A DNA stretch of 44,905 bases from Candidatus Zapsychrus exili. GTDB taxonomy: Bacteria; Omnitrophota; Gorgyraeia; Zapsychrales; Zapsychraceae. The translations under genes were made by a program, and so were the position numbers. The notes below the pieces were generated by a model, which saw only the letters and a list, made by a program, of their open reading frames with translations, was not told where the DNA came from and made no database searches. The stretch is from positions 1-44,905 of the forward strand of contig JAVCCJ010000085.1 in assembly GCA_030765585.1 (NCBI GenBank), in the 5' to 3' direction. This document shows, in pieces, positions 38,294 through 44,905 of this stretch (position 1 is its first letter; each line of letters starts with the position of its first letter).

Positions 38294-38330
38294 AAAATGT
38301 CACTTAAGCCTATGGCTTAGGTGACATTTT
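38294..38330 (-). terminator. 17-bp stem hairpin between lpxA and lpxI (terminator-like)
   Basis: AAAATGTCACTTAAGCC-TAT-GGCTTAGGTGACATTTT with one non-Watson-Crick position and T-rich tails on both strands. Confidence 0.65.
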
Positions 38331-38357
38331 ATTTATGCCGTAAGGCAAATATCTTTA

Positions 38358-39143
38358 TTAACCGCAAAGACCTCTTTTTGAAGTCTTAACAAAAAATGTT
38401 AAGTGCTCTATTTCTGGACACATCTCTATTTCACTTTCAATTTTTTCTAAAGCATGAGTTTTAGAAAGTCCAGATTGAAATAATATTTTAAAAGCTCTTT
38501 TTAATAATAATACCGTCGAAGGCTCTATTTCTGCTCTTTTTAATCCAACAGAATTTGTACGAATCACTCTTGCAGGATGTCCGTCACACATAGAAAAAGG
38601 CGGTATGTCTTGTACTACCTTAGAGCATCCCCCAATAATAGCAAGCCTTCCAACACGAACAAATTGATGAATAGCGCAAAAACCACCTATTATTGTATTA
38701 TCTTCTAAAACAACATGTCCCCCTAAAGTAGCAGCATTTGCCATGACACAATTATTTCCTACTATACAATCATGAGCAACATGAGCATAAGCCATAAGAA
38801 GGTTATTATCCCCTATTACAGTTTTCCCACCACCTTCTACGGTTCCTGGATTGATAGTAACATATTCACGTATTGTATTATTTTCTCCAATATTTAAAAA
38901 TACATTGTCGTCGGAAGAATGCTTTTTGTCTTGTGGTGCGCTACCAATAACTGCGCCAGTATAAATTTTACAATTGCGACCTATTGTCGTTTGTCCTGTA
39001 ATTACGCAATGTGCGCCAATCCTTACATTATCCGAAATCTTAACTCCACCTTCAATTACGGAATAAGGACCTATAATAACCCCGGGAGATAATTGCACTC
39101 CAGGATTAATAATTGCTGTCTTATGTACATTGATATTTTCCAT
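38358..39143 (-). CDS. lpxA: Acyl-ACP--UDP-N-acetylglucosamine O-acyltransferase
   Basis: Hexapeptide repeats, PQD, IREYVTI, HVAHDC and IHQFVRVG. Confidence 0.96.
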   Translation of the reverse strand: MENINVHKTAIINPGVQLSPGVIIGPYSVIEGGVKISDNVRIGAHCVITGQTTIGRNCKIYTGAVIGSAPQDKKHSSDDNVFLNIGENNTIREYVTINPGTVEGGGKTVIGDNNLLMAYAHVAHDCIVGNNCVMANAATLGGHVVLEDNTIIGGFCAIHQFVRVGRLAIIGGCSKVVQDIPPFSMCDGHPARVIRTNSVGLKRAEIEPSTVLLLKRAFKILFQSGLSKTHALEKIESEIEMCPEIEHLTFFVKTSKRGLCG

Positions 39144-39196
39144 ATATTTCCTTATATCTACTTATATTTATATAATAATTAAAATTTATATATTAC

Positions 39197-39225
39197 ATTC
39201 TATCCTTTAATCCATTTATAGTCAA
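39197..39225 (-). promoter_or_regulatory. Internal sigma70 promoter upstream of lpxA
   Basis: TTGACT (39225-39220), 17 bp spacer, TAGAAT (39202-39197). Confidence 0.65.
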
Positions 39226-39241
39226 CAATCTTGCGTCGTCC

Positions 39242-40573
39242 TTAGTCAATCTGAGACGAATCAGCGAATGAAAGTGTAATATCAGCCTCTGCTACAACCG
39301 CATCTCCTACTTTTGCTATACCACGTGCAATTGCAACGCGCGATTTCTTTTTTATTATGACAACCTCCATAACCAACTGGTCACCTGGGACTACAACCTT
39401 CCTAAACTTAACATTATTAACTGCCATAAACAATGCCAACTTACCCTTACTTGTATCGTTAGTTAACAGCGCAATACCTGCTACTTGCGCCATAGCTTCT
39501 ACCATTAGAACACCTGGCATAACAGGTTTAGCTGGAAAATGTCCTCTAAAAAATCCATCATTTATAGTTACATTTTTTATACCAACCGCTCTTTTTCCTT
39601 CTTGAAGCTCTAAAATTCTATCTACCATCAAAAAAGGATAGCGATGTGGCAATATTTTCATTATGCCATTTATATCAATTTCTGAACCTTCCTCGTAATC
39701 ATATTCTTTTATAATGCTATTCTTATTATATCTATCCATTTGCTCTTTTATCTTTTTTGCCAATGCTATATTCAAAGAATGACCGCTTTTAACAGCAAAA
39801 AAATGGCCTTTAACAGGCGCTCCTAATAAGTATAAATCTCCAATAAAATCCAATACTTTGTGTCTTGCAAATTCATTATCAAAACGAACCTCATTGTCTA
39901 AGACACCTTTCTTTCCGACGACAAGAGTGTTTTTGTAATTTGCTCCTTTGCCCAGTCCTTCGTTCTTTAATGCAGCGGCTTCACTTTCTAAACAAAAAGT
40001 TCTACAAGGAGCTAGCTCTTTCTCAAAAGTTGAACTATCAACAGTGATATCAAAAAATTGTGAAGTCAAAAGAGGATTATCGTAGTCTAGCACATACGAA
40101 ATCTTAAACTCTTTTGATGGAACAGCGTAAATTGAACACCCACCAAAAGACACCCCTACAGGTTCTTTAATTTCAAAATATGCAACTTCACTATTTTGCT
40201 CTACTATGCCAACTTTTTTAAAGGCACTCAAAAAATCATTAGCGCTTCCATCTAAGCCAGGCACTTCTTCGCCATTAATTTCAATTTCTAAATTATCTAT
40301 CTCTAAACTAGACAATACGCTTGTCAAATGCTCAACAGTATTAATTACTGATCCATTTTTTCCTATAGAAGTACATCTTAAAACATTATTATCGTCGATA
40401 ACATTCGACAAATCAGCTTTTATTATCAGCTTATCATCTAAATCAACTCTAATAAAATTTATACCTGTATCTTCTTCTGCAGGCTTAAAAGTAATATCAA
40501 TTTTATCGCCAGTATGTAAGCCAATGCCTGACAGAGAAAACTCTTTTTTAATTGTTCTTTGCTTTCTATTCAT
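39242..40573 (-). CDS. lpxC: Bifunctional LpxC deacetylase / FabZ 3-hydroxyacyl-ACP dehydratase
   Basis: LpxC motifs GIGLHTG, TVEHL, PGLDGS and RHKVLDFIGDL. FabZ motifs LPHRYPFLMVD and GHFP..PVMPGVLMVEAMAQ. Confidence 0.95.
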   Translation of the reverse strand: MNRKQRTIKKEFSLSGIGLHTGDKIDITFKPAEEDTGINFIRVDLDDKLIIKADLSNVIDDNNVLRCTSIGKNGSVINTVEHLTSVLSSLEIDNLEIEINGEEVPGLDGSANDFLSAFKKVGIVEQNSEVAYFEIKEPVGVSFGGCSIYAVPSKEFKISYVLDYDNPLLTSQFFDITVDSSTFEKELAPCRTFCLESEAAALKNEGLGKGANYKNTLVVGKKGVLDNEVRFDNEFARHKVLDFIGDLYLLGAPVKGHFFAVKSGHSLNIALAKKIKEQMDRYNKNSIIKEYDYEEGSEIDINGIMKILPHRYPFLMVDRILELQEGKRAVGIKNVTINDGFFRGHFPAKPVMPGVLMVEAMAQVAGIALLTNDTSKGKLALFMAVNNVKFRKVVVPGDQLVMEVVIIKKKSRVAIARGIAKVGDAVVAEADITLSFADSSQID

Positions 40574-41600
40574 TTGTTAATTTTGCCTTAAGAGCTTCTA
40601 TTTCTTTCTTTAATTCTTTTATTGTTTTTGCATAACCAGGTAATTTTTGGATATGAACATTTATTTTCTTTTCTTCTGAATGAGATTTTGCAGGAAAACC
40701 AGACACCATCTGACCAGCAGGAACTGTCTTTGTGACTACTCCACGAGCAGCAATAATAGCTCCCCTACCAATAGTAAGATGTCCTATAGCTGCAGATTGA
40801 CCTGCAAATATAACATCATCTTCTATTACAGCACTTCCTGCAATACCTGTCTGAGAAACAAAAATACAATTCTCTCCAATAATAACATTGTGCGCTATTT
40901 GAACTAAATTATCAATTTTTGTTCCCTTGCCTATAATAGTCTTACCAAATCTTGCTCTATCAACACATGTATTTGCGCCTATCTCAACATCATCTTCAAC
41001 AACAACACTACCCGCTTGAGGTATTTTTTTATGCTTGCCGTCTATCTTTACAAAACCAAATCCATCAGAGCCAATAACCACGCCGCTATGCATTATAACC
41101 CTATCACCTATAACACTTTTTTCTCTAATAACTACATTAGGATATATAAGACAATTATTTCCTATGCTAGTTTCTTGCCCTACATAACATCCTGCATTTA
41201 TTATAGTATTATCACCTATTGTTGATCCCTTTTCTATAACGACATGCGGGCCAATGGCAACATTCTTCCCCACCTTAACATCCTCTTCTATGACAGCTGT
41301 CTTGTGTATTCCTTTAATCTCACAGGTATCTTTTGTAAAGAAGGAAAGGATTTTTGAAAATGCGAGTGATGGATTATCGGTGCGGAGTATTGATTTGCCT
41401 TCAACGTCTATATCTTCGGATGTTATTATAGCTGAAGCTTTCGTTTTCTTAATAAACGGGATATATTTTGAATTAGAAACAAAAGTTATATCGCCTTCTT
41501 TTGCTTCATTAATGCCATTTAATCCAGTTATAACTAACTTCTCGTCACCAACAACCTTGCCACCAACAATACTAGCTAATTCGGCTAAGGTCTTTTTCAT
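40566..41600 (-). CDS. lpxD: UDP-3-O-acylglucosamine N-acyltransferase
   Basis: IGSDGFGF, KIPQAG, EIGANTCVDR and KIDNLVQIAHNV. Confidence 0.96.
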   Translation of the reverse strand: MKKTLAELASIVGGKVVGDEKLVITGLNGINEAKEGDITFVSNSKYIPFIKKTKASAIITSEDIDVEGKSILRTDNPSLAFSKILSFFTKDTCEIKGIHKTAVIEEDVKVGKNVAIGPHVVIEKGSTIGDNTIINAGCYVGQETSIGNNCLIYPNVVIREKSVIGDRVIMHSGVVIGSDGFGFVKIDGKHKKIPQAGSVVVEDDVEIGANTCVDRARFGKTIIGKGTKIDNLVQIAHNVIIGENCIFVSQTGIAGSAVIEDDVIFAGQSAAIGHLTIGRGAIIAARGVVTKTVPAGQMVSGFPAKSHSEEKKINVHIQKLPGYAKTIKELKKEIEALKAKLTNE

Positions 41601-41611
41601 TAAACAGGCTC

Positions 41612-42109
41612 TTATTTGTTAAGAATTTTAAGTATATTTTCTGTTAAATTAAAACTTTGATCGCCATAAATAAGAACTCTATCGTTTAAAATAACAGAGT
41701 ACTTATCTTTCTTGGCGAAATCACTAACAATTTTTTCAATTTCTAACAAAATCTCTCTAATCTTTTCATTTCTTTCTTGAGTTAAATTAGCTTTCTCCTG
41801 ACGATCATATTCAAGTAACTCTGCTTTCATCTTTTCAATATTCTCTTCAACTTTTGCCTTTTCACCTTCTTTTAACAAAGCTAATTTTCCTTGTGCTTCT
41901 CTTATTTTTTCTATCTTTACATTACGACTTTCCGTAAACTTATTGTGTTTTTCTTCCAACATTTTATCAAAATCTTTTGTTTTATGATATTCATCAAAAA
42001 GCCTACTTAAGTCTACATAACCTATTTTATTTCCCTTATCTGCAGCATAAGATGCGCTAGCAATTAAAACAAACAAAAGAACAATAACAATAATTTTAAC
42101 AAATTTCAT
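41612..42109 (-). CDS. skp: Skp/OmpH periplasmic chaperone
   Basis: Signal peptide, KIGYVDL, coiled coil and C-terminal NLTENIL. Located between bamA and lpxD. Confidence 0.9.
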   Translation of the reverse strand: MKFVKIIVIVLLFVLIASASYAADKGNKIGYVDLSRLFDEYHKTKDFDKMLEEKHNKFTESRNVKIEKIREAQGKLALLKEGEKAKVEENIEKMKAELLEYDRQEKANLTQERNEKIREILLEIEKIVSDFAKKDKYSVILNDRVLIYGDQSFNLTENILKILNK

Positions 42110-42124
42110 AGTCTATATCTCCTT

Positions 42125-44449
42125 TTAGAACCCTCTGCTAATGCTAAAGTAAAACTTACCAGACTTTCCATCTTCTCCTGGCTCATCATTCAATGGATAA
42201 CCATAATCTAAATTAATAGGACCAACTGGTGTTTTTATTCTTGCACCAACGCCTACGCCTGTTTTAATATCTCCAGTTCCAATATCGTTTGCCTTTGGCC
42301 AAACATTACCAGCGTCAAAAAAGACAGCCAGCTTAATAAAGTCTATAACAGGAATGGTATATTCTACATTGGCGACAACCATGCTTCCACCACCTATAGG
42401 ATCGTTTGACGCTGAATCTATAGGACCTACTTTACGCTCATCATAACCTCTGATTGTTCTAGCGCCACCAGCAAAGAATCTTTCAAAAATTGGAACGCTA
42501 CCAGAATCTCCATAATCATCTACAATTCCTGCCTGAAGACGAAATTCCAATACAGATTTAGCCTTCAAAAGTACATAGTAACTTCCATTTCCTTGCAACC
42601 TATAGAAGTCCTTATCGCCACCTATAGGACCACCAGCGATATCGATACTTCCTCCAAGAGTATATCCTTTAGTTGGACTGAAATTACTATCAAGAGTATT
42701 TTTCTCTAAACTAAAACCTAATGAGCTTACTGTGTTTTCACCTGCTTCAGCTGTTAAGTCTGCAGAAACTCCAGTCTCTAAATTGCCAATTGTAATACGT
42801 TCATTTCTGTATATAACCCCACCTTCAACATACTCTGAGAATCTCTTGCCGAACCTAATATCTCCTCCAACTCTAAGTTCGTCATAAGCATAACCGACAT
42901 CTCTTTCTCTATCTCTATCTTTCCTATATAGATCAAACCCTCCTGAAACTGGATAATCAAATACCCATGGTTCAGTAAAGCTTAACAATAAATTATTTCT
43001 TGTAGAGCCTGTCTCTGCACGGACTTGTAGCTGTTGTCCGCCACCCGTAAAGTTTGGCCAATTAGTAAAATCAAAATTTCTTTGCTCTACTTCTATAAAA
43101 CCTATCATTTGATCTACAGTACTAAAGCCACCGCCGAAACTAAATTGTCCTGTTTTGGCTTCCTTAACCTGAACAACAAGATCTTTTCTATCATAATCGT
43201 CGGTGTCTTCTATATCAAAACTTACATCTTCAAAATATCCTAACTTAGAAAGACGTTCTTTACTCCTACGTAACTTGCCTCCGTCAGATCTATCTCCAGG
43301 AAACATTTTAAGCTCACGGCGAACAACAGTATCTCTTGTTCTAGTATTTCCTTGAATCTTTACTTTTTCTATATAAGCTAATCCACCTTCAGTTATGTCA
43401 ACCTTTAGTTCAACTTCGCCTGTGTTAGAATCAAGAGCTGTTGAATCTTCAACATTAGCAAAGATATAGCCTCTATCAAAATATAAAGTTCTTATATTAG
43501 ACACATCTACAGCTAATCTTTGACGACTGAATATGTTGCCTGGTTCCATTTCTTCTATTACTTTATAAATTTCTTTATCAGAAACTATACTGTTTCCTGC
43601 GACTGAAACGTCTCCAACATAATATCTTTGACCTTCGTCTAATTGAATATTGACCTCTACCCAACCTTTAAAAAGATACTCTGTTGAATAATTTGCGTTT
43701 GCATCAATAAAACCATTTTGCTCGTAGAATGAAACTATTCGCTCCATATCTTCTTCTAATAATTCTTCCTTAAGATATCCGGAGCTCAAAATCCATTTGT
43801 AACGACTTCTTATTATTTTCAAAACTCTTTTATCTGGATAAGAATCGTTTCCATAAACATTAATTCTTTTTATTCTTATTCTATGTCCTTCTCGAACTAT
43901 AAAGTGAAGGCTTGCCTTATTAGTTACTTCATCAACAAAAGACTCAACTTCAACTTCTGCGCGCATTAAACCCTTCTTGGCATACATATCTTTTATAACA
44001 TTAGTATCATCGCGCAATACCTTATTATCCAAAAACTTTCCAACCTGTGTCTTTAAATTTCTCTTTAATGTTTTATAGTTCATAAAACGTGTTTTAGAAA
44101 AAGTGACTTCTTCTATAATAGGCTTTTCATCTACATAAATAAAAAGCTTAAGTCCTTCTGCATAATCTTTCCTATCTACCCTAACATCAGAGAAATAACC
44201 TGTATTATATAGCCTTTTTAAATCATCACTTATAACATTTTGCAAATATTTCTGACCAACTCGTGTTTTGATTCTAGAAAGTATGGTCGCAACGCTTATT
44301 GTTTTATTTCCTACAACTTCTATTGCTTTAACAAGTTTTGCGTCTGTTGATACTTTAGAACTTACTTCCTGTGCTTGAGCACAAAAAGATACAGCAATAA
44401 ATATTAATATAAAGAAGAATACTGCTTTTGTTGGGTTTGTTTTTTTCAT
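42125..44449 (-). CDS. bamA: Outer membrane protein assembly factor BamA
   Basis: POTRA repeats (GNTRTRDTVVRRE), GQFSFGGGF, FTEPW, IRGY motif and C-terminal FYFSISRGF. Confidence 0.96.
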   Translation of the reverse strand: MKKTNPTKAVFFFILIFIAVSFCAQAQEVSSKVSTDAKLVKAIEVVGNKTISVATILSRIKTRVGQKYLQNVISDDLKRLYNTGYFSDVRVDRKDYAEGLKLFIYVDEKPIIEEVTFSKTRFMNYKTLKRNLKTQVGKFLDNKVLRDDTNVIKDMYAKKGLMRAEVEVESFVDEVTNKASLHFIVREGHRIRIKRINVYGNDSYPDKRVLKIIRSRYKWILSSGYLKEELLEEDMERIVSFYEQNGFIDANANYSTEYLFKGWVEVNIQLDEGQRYYVGDVSVAGNSIVSDKEIYKVIEEMEPGNIFSRQRLAVDVSNIRTLYFDRGYIFANVEDSTALDSNTGEVELKVDITEGGLAYIEKVKIQGNTRTRDTVVRRELKMFPGDRSDGGKLRRSKERLSKLGYFEDVSFDIEDTDDYDRKDLVVQVKEAKTGQFSFGGGFSTVDQMIGFIEVEQRNFDFTNWPNFTGGGQQLQVRAETGSTRNNLLLSFTEPWVFDYPVSGGFDLYRKDRDRERDVGYAYDELRVGGDIRFGKRFSEYVEGGVIYRNERITIGNLETGVSADLTAEAGENTVSSLGFSLEKNTLDSNFSPTKGYTLGGSIDIAGGPIGGDKDFYRLQGNGSYYVLLKAKSVLEFRLQAGIVDDYGDSGSVPIFERFFAGGARTIRGYDERKVGPIDSASNDPIGGGSMVVANVEYTIPVIDFIKLAVFFDAGNVWPKANDIGTGDIKTGVGVGARIKTPVGPINLDYGYPLNDEPGEDGKSGKFYFSISRGF

Positions 44450-44611
44450 TTTGATTTAGCTCTTAGTTTGGTTATGCAGCTGGTTTAGTATTGAGTAGTT
44501 GGTTTGGGACAAGTTTTTATTATAAATTTAATTTGGTCTGAATCACAGCTTTTCTAAAATACTAATTCTTTAGAAAACTAACGACTTCGCTTAACGCGAA
44601 ATCTTGATTTA

Positions 44612-44640
44612 ATTATAATGTTAAAAAAAATCCGTGTCAA
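44612..44640 (-). promoter_or_regulatory. Perfect consensus sigma70 promoter for the bamA-skp-lpx operon
   Basis: TTGACA (44640-44635, overlapping the dnaB TGA), 17 bp spacer, TATAAT (44617-44612). Confidence 0.8.
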
Positions 44641-44905
44641 TCACCATATGCAAGATTTTCAAATCGCATAAACTCTTTCGTAAATTGAAGTTTTATCGTT
44701 CCGGTTGGTCCATTTCTTTGCTTCGCAATAATTAAATCTGCCACACCTTCATTCTCGCTAGTTGGGTTATAATATTCTTCTCTCATTAAAAGCATAACCA
44801 AATCAGCATCCTGTTCAATCGCGCCTGATTCTCTAAGATCAGAAAGTTGAGGTCTATGGTCTTGTCTTGACTCAACCGCACGAGACAACTGGCTTAATGC
44901 AATTA
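44637..44905 (-). CDS. dnaB: Replicative DNA helicase, C-terminal part (runs off the window)
   Basis: [34 protein letters not shown]...[11 protein letters not shown]. Confidence 0.96.
   Translation of the reverse strand, partial: IALSQLSRAVESRQDHRPQLSDLRESGAIEQDADLVMLLMREEYYNPTSENEGVADLIIAKQRNGPTGTIKLQFTKEFMRFENLAYGD

Noticed and set aside
39242..40573. LpxC-FabZ fusion as a novelty
   Set aside because: This bifunctional protein is already known, for example in Bacteroidota.
1009..43243. Many short antisense or nested ORFs in the ORF track (e.g. 1746-2198, 4684-5013, 18177-18593, 19805-20212, 40206-40580)
   Set aside because: They lie within or across well-supported genes, mostly on the opposite strand, and show no recognisable motifs; they are shadow frames.

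Overview
AT-rich bacterial chromosome segment from a diderm, LPS-making organism. Gene content and synteny suggest a PVC-related lineage such as Omnitrophota, which is an inference. The window is mostly housekeeping. The left end has the right terminus of an IS481-like element that truncates a PAS/GAF sensor gene, then a His/Cys-rich membrane protein, ssrA (tmRNA) and smpB, and an orphan lpdA. Next come a pyrE / Maf-M48 fusion / DUF192 operon and the divergent comF-lptF-lptG operon. A 33-kb minus-strand run follows, in transcription order: dnaB (partial), bamA, skp, lpxD, lpxC-fabZ, lpxA, lpxI, lysS, lolE, lolD, ilvE, mcsA, mcsB, clpC, a beta-rich hypothetical, mlaE, mlaF, mlaD, radA, PIN/TRAM, ispD, ispF, cysE, cysS, tmk, holB, yaaT, metG, mtnA, thiL, tsaE, tsaB, alr. 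No CRISPR array, prophage or defence island is visible. The best leads are: a Maf pyrophosphatase fused through a lipobox-like hydrophobic segment to an M48 protease; an MlaEFD locus without MlaABC but preceded by an AsmA/TamB-like protein and carrying 21-bp-phased GATTAC repeat cassettes; an unusually long tmRNA tag ending in VLV; a pseudo-symmetric His/Cys/Asp membrane protein; an N-terminally anchored CysE; and a single-base frameshift in codon 7 of clpC. All calls are by eye, without database searches.
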